Source: Carcharhinus amblyrhynchos (Eukaryota). Taken from it: a stretch of DNA of 64,000 bases. The notes beneath the pieces are model-generated. The model did no database searches. It was not told where the DNA came from and worked only from the letters and a program-made list of their open reading frames with translations. Shown in pieces: positions 1 to 11,785 of the stretch. Numbering within the stretch: position 1 is the stretch's first letter; every line of letters begins with the position of its first letter. The position numbers and the translations under genes were made by a program. The stretch is from the NCBI GenBank assembly GCA_965287045.1, contig OZ336875.1, forward strand, positions 78,182,001-78,246,000, in the 5' to 3' direction.

Positions 1-290
1 TTTAGCAAGTGCTGCCCCATATGCAGGATCGTATCTAACATAGACCTTTTATTTTGGGTTTTGCAAGCACCGGCTGCTTGAGTACACTTTGTACTCTGCT
101 TATTACGAACAACTGAAGGAACACATTATCACTGGGGTTGACATATCTGGCATCATACTGTTGCTGAAATTCATACATGATGTTGCTTAATTGTGTGATA
201 GGCAAAATATCTTTCAGGAATGATAGCAGCAACTTATTATTGTACCCTTGCATAATAGCAGCATGAAATGATTTGCTTAATTATTATTCA
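1..290 (-). mobile_element. Decayed Penelope-like element, GIY-YIG endonuclease region
   Basis: Minus-strand translation KDILPITQLSNIMYEFQQQYDARYV resembles the PLE GIY-YIG motif (SxVVYEFxCxCxxxYVG). A shifted frame near the window start gives GQHLL (SAIGQHLL motif). Confidence 0.6.
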
Positions 291-426
291 AATTTTTAAG
301 CAATACTTTGGCTTTCCAGAGTAATTGGAGATAGAGCGGACATTTCCAGATCTCTTAGCCTTAAAGCACATGGACTTTCAGCTCAATATATTCAGAATAG
401 GATTTGAACACAAAGGGCAGGATTTT

Positions 427-730
427 TTTTATTCCAATTCAATCAAATCCAGTCTATTTCAGAGTGCCAACAAGTTGAGACATTCCCAATCAAAGCTGAC
501 AAGACAGGGCTCTCACCTCCTGTCTTGGGCTTGATCTACATGATCCAAGCTGATTGGAGTAGACATAGCTCCTCCTCCAAGGCTTGATTCCATTTGCATC
601 TTCGCCAAAAGGCCGAGATGCCGCTTTTAAAAATTGCTTCAAATGAAGCTACAATGTGACCTAATGACTTCAACCAAGTATAACATGTTGATACTATACT
701 TGATCTTAGCCAAATGGCTGAGAAGCAATG
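427..730 (-). mobile_element. U2 snRNA-headed SINE-like retroposon with A-tail and 14-bp TSD
   Basis: Reverse complement of 690-729 is ATTGCTTCTCAGCCATTTGGCTAAGATCAAGTATAGTATC, 36/40 to vertebrate U2 nt 1-40. A-tail appears as the T-run 423-430. Direct repeat AAGGGCAGGATTTT at 413-426 and 731-744. Confidence 0.8.
690..729 (-). pseudogene. U2 snRNA 5' fragment (nt 1-40) forming the head of the retroposon
   Basis: 36/40 identity to ATCGCTTCTCGGCCTTTTGGCTAAGATCAAGTGTAGTATC; two of the four mismatches are CpG-type transitions. The rest of U2 is absent. Confidence 0.9.
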
Positions 731-732
731 AA

Positions 733-1739
733 GGGCAGGATTTTGTATTTCACTGATGTTGCCAATATTAGAATGGAATGAATTATAACATTGGATCTGT
801 TGTAGTGTGACCAGTGGTAACAAGATCTAAGGGTCAGCTGACCCAATAAACTATATAACTAATGACAAAATGCTGTGATGATCAGCTGATCAGCTGACTT
901 CGCATAAATAAGAGGCTATTGGGACTTGTTGGAGAACTTGGAATGGCCCAGGGTGAGGCTTCAAGTGTTGAAGTTTCTTTGATGTACCTGTTGGAGTATT
1001 TTGTTTCATTTTATTGCCTATAACTGAAGAATGCCTTCTGCTGGATGAACAGCCAACGCCACCCCAGTGAAAATGTTGGTGGCGAGCCTACTCCCTCCCC
1101 CTCCAGCATTTTACACTCCTTCCCTCCCCTGCCCCCAAACCCTCAAGTGCAGTAGGTTTCACTTTTAAGAGCTGCTGGCCAATCAAAAGGCCAACAACTG
1201 TCTGGTTCTAGCAGCGCTACTGGGAGCAGTTGCCATGGCTGGGACTTACATACGACCATAACAATGATCTTCGCTCGTGCTGGATGGGAAGTTTGGAGAG
1301 TTTTCAATGGGACCTGGATAGGAGGCCCTGTTGAAGGAGGTGAGAGCCAGAGTGAACTGGCCAGGAAAAAGAGGAAACCTGGGAGGTGTACAGTGGCTGG
1401 GCAGGGTGAGGGGAGAGGGGGGCCAGAGCTTCCTAGTGTTTGCAGGGGGGCTCCAGTGGGCACCACGAAGGAAATGTCTTTTTTCCCGATAATAACCCAA
1501 GACATGAGTCCTATCAGCCTTCAAAACTTGGTTGCAGCTTCACTTGCTTTGGCAAAAATTGTTGGGGTATATGGGAGCAGACAGGATAGGCACCTATGAT
1601 ATTACTTTTATGCTGTCCATCCACTAGGGGATTTTCTCAGAAACTTCATTGCAGTGTTAATGCGTGCCTACTTGTGACTCTAATAAATAAACTTTAGACT
1701 TTAAGCCTGCCAACCGACCCCTCGCATTAAATTCTGCCC
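733..1739. mobile_element. Non-autonomous DNA transposon (MITE, PIF/Harbinger-like termini)
   Basis: TIR GGGCAGGATTT / AAATTCTGCCC. AAA lies before the original left end (412-414, duplicated by the SINE TSD) and after the right end (1740-1742), consistent with a 3-bp TSD. Confidence 0.55.
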
Positions 1740-2370
1740 AAAATGTGCAATTCTGGTACAGTAATTGAGAAACCATACACTTTTCACTATGAATGTTTTT
1801 GAGCATCTTTTGCAGCTTTACTGAGGCTACGCCATGAAATGTGCAATCTGCAGAAATATCACAGAAGAAATTGAGTGTATATTAAAAGCTGGATTTTTTT
1901 AAATAGTCTGTCCCTTGTGCTCATTTGTAGCATCCACAGTCAGCCATTTGGTCTGAAAATCTAACTGCAGGATATTGCAGCCAAATAGCAAAACACTTGT
2001 CATTATTGATAGCAATATTTGCTGTAGGCAGAGCAGCCACACACTTCTAGCAGCAATTTCTAGGCAAGGTTGTAGAATTCCTTATATCCCCAATATTCAA
2101 CTTGGGGTACTAATTGTATTGGTCCTAATGCCATGTTGCATGAACTCAGGACATTAAAGTAACTGTTCAATTTTCTAACAATTATGTCGCTGAATGTGCT
2201 AGGAACTCATGTTGCAAACCAGGAGACATTGATGGTGCAGTCAATGTGAAATTTGAAATGATTTGTCATTGTGTAACTGACACTTTCACATGCTGCATAT
2301 ATTTTTAAGTTATTGCTTCTAATATCTCGTTACTTTGATAGAAATTTGGTGCCAAGGAATCATGGCTACA

Positions 2371-2824
2371 TGTTACACTAAGATTGGTGACAGAATTTGT
2401 GAGGGCAGGGCTACCAGTTGATCTGCATGACGCTGGCAGGCATATGTGTCACCAAGAGCTCATCTTGGCTTCCCAGTTCCAAAATACTGCCAGCTATTAG
2501 AGGTGGGTCATTCCAGTTCCCATGCAGACACCCCATCTTCTACTCCCATAGGGTTCCTCTTTGATCGTGGCCCGTGAAAGGGGGTGTTTTCTGAGGGCCA
2601 TGTGATTGGTGAGACCCTATGGGTTGTCTGAGTGAGAAGTTGAGCCAATCGTCAGGATGGAGTGTACCACTGGCTGAGAAGGGACTTGCAATTGGACCCA
2701 GGTAGTCTAATAGAGCAGTTGCATTGTAATTTAGTCTGATCTTGTTGTCTATGTATATTATTCTTTATTTGGCAATAAAGCTTTCTTGATTCAAGCCAGA
2801 TCGATTTGCCCTCGATCTGTTACA
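2371..2824 (+). mobile_element. Gypsy-type LTR (5' or solo)
   Basis: TGT...ACA ends and AATAAA near the 3' end. 2565-2824 is visibly homologous to the 3' LTR at 54841-55116 (GGGGGTGTTTTCTGAGGG, GGCAATAAAGC). Left boundary uncertain. Confidence 0.6.
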
Positions 2825-3182
2825 TTGACAGTGAGACAAAACATCAAAGTTGTTGGGGACCGCAGTGTCCAGATAGAGGGGGAGGAGACTTGAGCATCGA
2901 AAGTAAGAAGAAATAAGGTACACTCACTTAGCATTTCCTATGATCAGAAAAATTGATCCTGAAATAGAGAATTGGGGACAGTACATAGAATAATAGCATT
3001 ATGACACCAGATCTTAATTACAATTTGAAGCAGAAGATTTACAGATTGCCAAATGCTTGTAAATATATGGCTCCAAATTAGAATAGAAGGGAATACCTCA
3101 TGTTTTTCTTTTATACTTGAGACACTTGGATATGTAGACTGGAATTATTCAGTCATTCACACCCTGCCTTTGCTGCAAGCAA

Positions 3183-3400
3183 AGGTGGATAATTTGGCGC
3201 TCAGCCAAATTTACATTCATTGCAGCGGGACCAGAAAATCCCATTGGCATGAACGGCTGGAAAATTCCACCCATGGGGCGAATTTTACTGTCCTGCCCAT
3301 CCCGGGAATCAGCGTGGGCGAGGGGCAGATCATGGAAAAGTCTGTTGACCTTGGGTGGGACTTTCTGTTTTAGGGCCAGTGAGGCCAGAAAATTTGGGTC
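3183..3400. mobile_element. Two adjacent short MITEs
   Basis: GAAAATTCCACCC-ATG-GGGCGAATTTT junction at 3260-3286. Internal sequence shared with the short MITEs at 11649, 12793, 40651 and 47325. Confidence 0.6.
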
Positions 3401-4767
3401 GTAATGTCTGGCAAATGATTACTACTTCTATATAGGGAAACAATTTGAGAAAACAGTTTGCCTTGACATTTTTAGATGCGCATGGATGCAAAATTCACGT
3501 TCTTTTGCTCATATTGCTTTCTCTCTGTCTTTCCTTTTCCTCTGCATGTGATATTAATGTTCTTGTGAGCAATCTGTCCTTACAGCTTTTGTCAACAGCC
3601 ACTCTCTAAGTCCTCACCAAAGACATGCTTCTTAAAAGCAGCTGCTTCTGCCCAGTTTTAGGGAAGCAGGTGTTAGACCACCTACCAGCACTGAATGCCT
3701 TTTTATTGCTTTTATAAATATCATGCAGGTTTGGCTGCACAGACTCCAGTGAGTACTTGCAGGTGCTGAACAGAAGTGATAATGGACTGGCATAGTCTTT
3801 CACACTTGATCTTTGGTATGTTGTCAGGATGATTTATTTGTCTTAACCTTTATGTTAAATACTTGGCAATGGACTACAATAATTATGTACAAAAGATTAA
3901 CCGGCTGTGACACCACAGTTTGCAATAATTAAAAAATAATTATATTTACTATGACGGCACACAACTGTCATACTCCAGTCTGTTTATGTGCTAATTTCTT
4001 TTTAATATGTCGTAAGATTTATTATGAATACATTAGGCCAAATAAGATCACCCTTTAATTTCCTTTCATAAGGATTTAATAAAATAACCTTATGAAAGGG
4101 AGGGACAGGAAATACAGAGAGGGTGGGTTTTATGTTACACAATATAATAATATGGATAGTTCAAAACAATCCCATGTCTTTTGTAGTGTATGAAAGAATA
4201 TTCCACGCAGCATTTATATATAAATTATCAAAAGGCTCCACAAAAAAAATGAAAATAGCGTATTTGTAAAGATCATTCAAAAGACAAAATAATAAAAATC
4301 AAACAGGACCCCATAATTATTTTAAATGCGGTTTCCTGCTCTTTAAAGTTAAAGAGAAAAGATGGAAACCATTTGTCTGTCTTTGTGAGTGCTCAGAAAG
4401 GTAACCTATAAAATGCAGTAGACCACACTGATACCAACTCATAAAACTTGAGCTGTCTGATTTGAAACTATTAATACAATAACGTGGAGTTTGCTCATTA
4501 CTCAGTGGCACCTTTGTTGACCAGCTCTGATCTTACATTAGTCAAGCTGGCTAAAATTGCAACACACAAAATTTGAGTGTAAATATGCCCTATAAATCTT
4601 TCACTGCAAACTCAGCACATACACCTATACAATGGACACAGACATAGATGGAACATGAAAGGCTTGTAGTCAGTATTCCATTATAATGGATCAAATGAGT
4701 CTGGTGGAAAAAATAGTTGGGCTTTCCTTACGCATTTCTTTGAACAAGGGTATATTGTTGAAAATCT

Positions 4768-6850
4768 TCAGTCCCTGCATCTAAGGAGGATTGGAAGATT
4801 ATTGCTCCCATAATTTCCACCCTTACTTCCATCAGTTTCCCCACATGCATCTAATCCAGTCCTGGTGACTTTAAGTTCTTCCAGCCTTTCCAATACTTCT
4901 TTCACTATGACTTGGGTAGCATCTTCTTCCTTGGTAAAGATAAATACAACAAATTCATGTAGGACCCAAGCCAAGCTCTCTGTCTCTGCTTGTAAATCCC
5001 CAATTTGGTATATAATTGGCCTTACTCCTGTTCTTCAGCCCTTTGACTATTTATATGCTGAGAGAAGACTTCTGGATTTTCTTTTATGTTAGCTGTTAGT
5101 CTCCTCTCACAATCTCTCTTTGCTTCTCTTATTTCTTTTTCATCTCCTCTCTGAACTTAAGATATTCAGTCTTGTTCCAACTTGTATTATCCACCTGACA
5201 TCTGTCACATGCACCCTTTTTCTTCTTTATCTAGCTCGCCATCTCTTTTGTAATCCAGGGAAGTTACCCTACCATTCCACCTCATGGGAATGTACCTTGA
5301 CTGTACCCAAACTATCCCCTCCCTAAAGGCAGCCAATTTTGCCTGCTGATCTTTGATTTCTATTTACCTGAGCCAGATCAGTTCTCATCTAAATGAAGTT
5401 GGTATCCCCCATCCATTAATCATTTTCATTCCAGACTGCCCTTTCTCCTTATCCATTGTGAACCTAAGTTTTATAAATTACTGTTTGCCAGCATGTTCCC
5501 CTGTAACACTCAATTCATTTGACCCACTTCATTCTACAGAATCAGATACAGCAATGCTGTACCTCTCTATAGTTTCGTTGTAATTGTGTTCCTCTCTTTC
5601 TTTCCTACAAGTTGGTAGTCTCTCGAGTGCATGCAGTAGCGTAATGGCACTTCAACTGTTCCTCTGCTTTAATCAAGTAGATTCTGTGCTTGATCCCTCC
5701 AAGATATCTGCTCTTCAGCATTGCAATGTTCCCCTCAATCAATACTGCTACCCTCCCCTTTTTTTCCTTGCCTGTTTTTCCTGAATACTTGTAAACAGGA
5801 ATATTTAAGACCTAATCCAGTCCAATTTGAGTAAGGTCTCTGTAATCATAGCATTAAATTCTCATGTGGCTAGCTGCTCCAGCAATTCACCAACCTTATT
5901 TACCACATTTGGTATGATCACACATATGCATAGTAAACCTAATTTAGAACTTATTACATACCATCTCACTTTGTCCCACATAATATTTCCTACTCTAGCA
6001 TGATCTGACCTTCCCAATTATTTGTGCATCTTTTTATTCCTCTCTAATGTTACCTCTTGATTTCCACAGCCCTGTCAAGTTATTTAAAACCCTCCCTAAT
6101 AACACCAGCAAATGATTGGTCCCAGCCGTGTTCAGGTAGAACCCATCTGGCTTGAACAGACTTGTCTCTCTGAGTCCCAATGTCCTTGGAATTTAAAATC
6201 CTTCCTACTAAACCATGTCTCCAATATGTATTCATTTTCTCTTTGTTCCCATTTGTGGATGGAAATAGGAGTAATCTGGAGATTCCTATATTTGATGCCC
6301 TGCTTGCTAATTTCCTGCTTAGCTTCCTAAATTCTGACAGCAGGACCATATTCTGCTTTCAGGGTACTCAGCAGCTGCTTAGTGACACCCTTGAAGAGCA
6401 GGAAGGCAACTTTTCATCCTGGATTCACATCTGTAGCTTCAGAAACACCTGTCTATTCCTGAATGTTTGAATCTCTTACCACTATTACTCTTTGAGTTTC
6501 TTTATGTCTCCCACCCATCTGTACAGCAGAGTCAGCCATGGTGTTGTGACCTTTGCCCAGATGAACCATTACTTCCAACAGTATTCAAAGCAGAATACTG
6601 ATTGACAAGAGAAATGGAGCTCCTGCATTACTAGCCTGTTCCTTTTTGAATGTCTGGTGGCGACCAATTTCCTCTGTCCCTGCATACAGAATATTTGTGG
6701 GATGAAAAACCCTTAACCTCACAGATGCACCACAGTGATACCAACTGCCCAGAACTCAAACAACTGCAAGTGATGACACTCCCTGCAAGTATTGCTATTC
6801 AGGACATACGAGGCATCCTGGAGTTCCCACATTGCGCAGGATATGCACAA
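4768..6850 (-). mobile_element. Old CR1 LINE remnant (ORF1 and 5' part of ORF2)
   Basis: Minus ORF FIFTKEEDA...EVLERLEELKV resembles the CR1 ORF2 tether (FASVFTxE...EVLxxLxxLKxxKSPGPD). LLSEFRKLSRKLASRASNIGISRLL resembles the CR1 ORF1 esterase. Many stops. Confidence 0.7.
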
Positions 6851-6860
6851 TAGAGTTTAT

Positions 6861-6944
6861 CATAGATTGCATAAAATCCCTACAGTGCAAAGGGAGACCA
6901 TTCAGCCCATCGAGTCTGCACCAACAACAATCCCACCTAGGCCC
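6861..6944 (-). mobile_element. HE1-type SINE / CR1 3' tail fragment
   Basis: Reverse complement contains GGTGCAGACTCGATGGGCTGAATGGTCTCCCTTTGCACTGTAGGGATT. The same tail occurs at 33816-33878, 58512-58570 and 59200-59320. Confidence 0.75.
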
Positions 6945-6959
6945 GAGATGAACTATCCT

Positions 6960-7460
6960 CACTTGTAGGTGCACAAATATCCAATACCTTTTTAATAATG
7001 TGATTACCATTATATGTTAACAATGTGATTGATAAGTCATTGACATTCTTCCTTGCTAAAAAAAAATCATGTGGATGGACAAAAGTAGAGGAAATTCTCA
7101 CAAATATTCTTAGTGTTAAATGTATCAGACTTGGCATCAGAACTAAAAGGATCTGCGTCTCACCAACATGCCCTCCTTCTTTTCTTGGTTGCAATGCTCA
7201 CTGCTCATAAATTAAATTGGGAGACATATCCTATTTGTGTACTGCACTATCCTGCCAAAGATGGATCGGTGTCCAAACTGTTAGACTTACATAATCATTC
7301 ATTTGAATCTGCTGAGGCTCTGACAGATCAAGTTCTGATAGCTCTGGAAAAGGAAGGATCGAAGTCCGATCAAGTGTCAACTTTTTCAGCAGATTCATCC
7401 ATTGCTAATTTTGGTAGTCATCACTCTGCATTCACAGTACTTTCTGGAAGATCCCTAAGC
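6960..7460 (+). mobile_element. hAT-superfamily transposase remnant
   Basis: SCGWTKVEEILTNIL (cf. SCGRTKxxAIVxNVL) and KLLDLHNHSFESAEAL...VSTFSADSSIANFGSHHSAF (cf. SADNAxVNFGxHxSVF). Frameshifted. Confidence 0.65.
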
Positions 7461-7631
7461 TTGGTTCTGTTCTGACCACGTCAGGAATGAAGTGGTCCCC
7501 TCCATTCAGCCTCTTCAGGTTGGTCACAACAAAGATTTATTTATTTTTTCAGGAGAATATGCCTTTTCCAAAGCAAAATGTATTTAACTAAGTTGCGACC
7601 AATAAGGAGCCAATAAAGTAAGAGTATATTT

Positions 7632-8486
7632 TTGGGGAGCTATGAAGACCCCACTGGAGTGAAGGGCGGACAATCATGGTCCCCCCAGGCAGCGGGGATG
7701 GTGCCCCCTTGGCATGGGCACCCTGGCAGTGCCAGTCTGTGCCCTGTCCCCCGCACCAGTCCCGCTTCAGTCTCCCCTCCCACCACCCACCCCGGCAGTC
7801 CCAATCTCCTGATCCCAAGCCCCTCCCCTTACCAGCAGCCCCAATGCCCCCCACATTCCCGCCTCCATCGCTGGCTGCCCCAGTTCGCCTCCCAGTAAAA
7901 GCCAACCACCTCCGCCTGCTCGAGGTCCAACCCTGAGCACCCTCACTCTATCACTAAACCCAACTGCAGAATGGCAAAAGGACGCCCCCACCCCCACCAA
8001 TCACTCCCTAAAGACCTGCCCAACATAGGCCCTGTTCTGATCCCACTTCCTTGGCACTACCCGATGCTCAGTGGGCAGGCCAAAGTAGCCTCTGGGCATT
8101 CCAATGATGTCACTTGGACAGCGCCAGGGGGCCAGCATGGCACTGCCAAGCTGGCAATGCCCAAGCATTACCCAAGAGGGGTAATGCACCCCCAACCCTT
8201 ACCCTTGTCTCCTGGGGAGCCTCTGTAGGGAGCTGTTGTAAATCCTGTGAGACACTCCTTGTGGAGGTTAGAGGCTAGCCAGCCCAGAGACTTCAGTCCT
8301 GCGCTCACTAATAAGATTTAAACTTGAATTTAAATATCTTAAGCGCCATGCCGGAAATCCACAGTTCCAGAAATCCGGTGGCTGGAGTCGCACAGACGCC
8401 ATGGTGCCCAGCTGGGGTCCTGGTACATGGCCTCCGCTTGTGTCTCCCGGCCTGCTAGAGTATAGCGGGCTGGGAGAATCACTCCC
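7632..8486 (+). mobile_element. GC-rich MITE, right portion
   Basis: Ends GGGAGAATCACTCCC; homologous to 10450-11066. Confidence 0.7.
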
Positions 8487-8707
8487 ATATGTTTCAATGA
8501 GATTCCCTCTCATTCTTCTAGACTTCCAGTGTGGAATACAATTCAGACACGTATCCTTCTCTGGAATTTCACACTTAAGGATGCCAAGAACCACTTCAAA
8601 GGGATCTACTGAAAAGCCTAGGCCATAAGACCTCCTCACCAGTAGAGACAGAAAATCTGCTAGACCAATGGTTATATAGAGATATGGGCCCTGATTATAC
8701 TGGCACC

Positions 8708-9342
8708 ATAGGGGGCAGGGCCTGGGGGCAGGATTCAGGGCAGGGCCTATTGTAGGCAGGGTTTAGGGATGATCGGAGGGGGTGGGATCCGCTGCCACTC
8801 TGCATTGGGATCGCTCGGGGCTGGAGGGAGCCCAGCAATCAGGGTGGGCTGGGGGGAGAGAGTGGTTGACTGCCGAGGTGGGGGGGGGTTCTGCATCCCA
8901 TGGGGAGATCTGCCTCCTGGGGGTGGATCAGTGGGGGAGGGGAGGAGTCTGCCGAGGAGGTGGGGAGGATTGTCACTGATTGCAGTGCCCCGGGACAGTT
9001 GGGGTTGGGGCTGGAGCCGGGAATGATTGTGTGGGTCGCAATCAGGGTACGGGGGTGTCGGGAGGGGAGCGCTACTAGGGTCCCGGGCTGGACAGCTCAA
9101 TCCCTGGCCAGCAAAATGCAACCTGACAATTCGGGGCCACTGTGCATGTGCAGAGTTCTGGAACTGTCAGACCCTGATGTGAATAGGTTCCCCCCTGCTG
9201 CCCCGAGCTTTTAGTGATAATGACGGTTGTGATCTCTGCAGTGTGGGAGATTCGAGTCTGAACTCCCACTGAAAAAAGAATTGTGAAATGACATCATTTT
9301 TCCTGTCAATTCAGCACTTAGAATTTTGTTGAGGGAATATGC
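8708..9342 (-). mobile_element. GC-rich MITE, left portion in inverted orientation
   Basis: End TTCAGCACTTAGAATTTT is the reverse complement of the left end of the 9963 element. Strongly similar to 33880-34312. Confidence 0.7.
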
Positions 9343-9600
9343 TTAGCCTAGCTAAATTCAAAGTGCAAAACCTATGATCTGGGCTGATTTCATAAAATAC
9401 TGTGGAGTTTCTGATCTGGGCTGTAATATATGCAGATTAGATAGTGCCCTAGATGAAATGGTGATAATAACATATGGTCACTCCTCTTCATTGGCATTGC
9501 AATGTGAAAATCTCAGAGTTTGTGTAACTGTTGAACTAGAGTTGCTTGAGTCCGCAGTTATGTGTCTGGTGTTGCCAGTGACCAGTTTCTGGATTGAAAC

Positions 9601-9962
9601 GTAGAAAATAGGAGCAGGAGTAGGCCAATGCTTTGAGCCTGCTCTGCACCATTCAATATGTTCATGACTGATTCTTTATCTCAATGCCATGCTCCTACTC
9701 TGTCCCCATACCCCTTGATCCCCTGAGAGTCTAGAAATCTATCAATTTCCTTCTTAGCTATATTCTATAATTTGACCCCCGTAGTCTTTTGTGGTGGAGA
9801 ATTCCATAGATTCACCACCCTCTCAGCGAAATTGTTTTTCCTAATCTCAGTCCGAAATGGCCGGCCCCATATCGTAAGTCTGTGACCCCTAGTTGTAGAC
9901 CTCCCCAGCCTGGGGAAACACCAACCCTGCATCTGGTCTGTCCAGCCCTGTCAGAGTTTTGT
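9601..9962 (-). mobile_element. CR1 LINE 3' end, interrupted by a MITE
   Basis: AAATAGGAGCAGGAGTAGGCC... matches the 3' end of the 19380 CR1. The CR1 sequence resumes at 11067 (ATATGTTTCAATGAAATTCCCTCTCATTCTT). Confidence 0.8.
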
Positions 9963-11066
9963 GGCTGGGATTCTCCCAAAAAAATTCTGAGTGCCGAATT
10001 CACCTAAAAACTGGAGTAAACCCCACTGTTTTTTTTTAAGCAGGATTTTCAAAATGAATCTCGCACACTATGAGCACTGCAGACTGCCGCAACGTGCATC
10101 ATGATAAGAATCAGGGACAGGCCTGTTCCCACCTAAGAAGTGGGCAGCATTGCGCTGAATGGGCCACTGAGTGTACACCAATCTGTCAGCGTGGGGATCG
10201 GCACATGCGCAGTAGGCCCGCACTGTTGGCCTCCCAGAGGCTGCCCAGCTCGATTGAGCTGGTCACCCCTGCAACGCTGTCCCATCAAACCCCCATGCCC
10301 CAATTGCTGGAATTCTGGACATCTTAGGGCCAGCCCCCTCCCACCCCCCCCACCCCAACTGGACTCGCTTTGATCTCCCCCCCACCACCCTCCTGGTTTC
10401 CTGATTCCAACACCCACCACCAGCAGCCCGACCCCCCTGACAGGCAGGCTGACCTTCCCCCCACCTCGATATCCAGCCCTGATTGCTGTCCACCCTCCCT
10501 CTGTCACTATTCTTGACTGCAGAGTGGCAGCAGAATCCCCCCCACCCTCACACCCACCAATTACCCACCACAGGGCACAGCACCATAGGCCCTGCCCCCA
10601 CCCCTGGGCACTGCCCGATGCCCAGTTGGCAGGCCAAGCTGGTTCCTTGGAATCCCAATGTCTCTCCTTGGGCACTGCCAGGGGCTAGTTTGGCACTGCC
10701 AGGCTGGCAATGCCCAAGGGACATCCCCTTTACCTCTGCCCTCCTAGGGGGCCTCCATGGCCTTCCTTCACTTCCGCAGGGTTGTGGCATCAGCTCCCCC
10801 ATTTATTGGGAGCTGTTGTAAAGTCCACTGGAGTTAAACACACCTAGTGAGAGGGAGAGTCCCTGGCTTGCTAATAAGATTTAAATTTGAATTTAAATAT
10901 CTTCATCAGCTCCATGCCGATTTCCGGCATAGAGCTGACAACTCTGGAAATCCGGCAGCTGGAGAGGCCATGGTGCTTGGCAGGGATCCTGCTGCACAGT
11001 CTCCATTTATGTCTCCCAGCCTGTTGTGCTGCTAGAGTAGCATAGCAGGCTGGGAGAATCGTTCCC
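9963..11066 (+). mobile_element. Full-length ~1.1-kb GC-rich MITE
   Basis: TIR GGCTGGGATTCTCCCA / TGGGAGAATCGTTCCC; splits a CR1 sequence; no transposase ORF. Confidence 0.8.
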
Positions 11067-11648
11067 ATATGTTTCAATGAAATTCCCTCTCATTCTTTTA
11101 GCGGCCAATGCGGAATACAATTCAGACATGTATCCTTCGCTGGAATTTCATACTTGAAGATGCCGAGAACCCATTCAAAGGGATTTACTGAGATGTCTAG
11201 GCTATAGCATTTATATTTCTATAGGACCTCCTCACCAGCAGAGGCAGAAGGACAGAAAATTTACCAGACCAATGGTTATATAGAGATATAGGCCTTGATT
11301 TTACCAGCACGCTCACCCTGGAATCGCAGACAGCATTCTCCATTGGCCTTGGGTGTGATCTTACGAGCCTTGGGCAGGATTGCTGGTAAAATTTTGGCAT
11401 AAAGCCCCCCAGCCTGATTCCAAAACTCCAAATCCATTTGTAAAGAAGTTTGACTCCTGATAGGAAAGCCACGATTGTGTAACTTCATGATCTGCTGAAC
11501 ATTAATCTTTCTGAGGGAATTGTGCAACAGCCTGATCTCTGACTTCAGCTATTTTGGACCCAGGGGAATTACAATTCAAGAGTGGAAAAAAGCCTCCTCT
11601 TTGCTGGATACACAAAAATTGTTTCTTCCTACAATGATTTAAACACTT

Positions 11649-11785
11649 GGAGCTCGATCTTATCAGCTGTTCATGCCACGATCCCTCTGCAACAAGGCCG
11701 GAGAATCTGCTGCCCAGTCAAATCTCCATTCACCTGAGCAGGATGGGAAAATCCTGTTGGTGTGAACGGCTGTGACATTTCAACC
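11649..11785. mobile_element. Short MITE
   Basis: Shares internal motifs (AAAATCC...GGYRTGAACGGCTG) with 3183-3272. Confidence 0.5.

Noticed and set aside
690-729. Functional U2 snRNA gene
   Set aside because: Only nt 1-40 are present, the branch-point pairing GUAGUA is mutated, and it sits inside a TSD-flanked insertion.
7588-11077. Many overlapping Pro/Gly-rich ORFs
   Set aside because: By-product of GC-rich MITE sequence; no recognisable domains.
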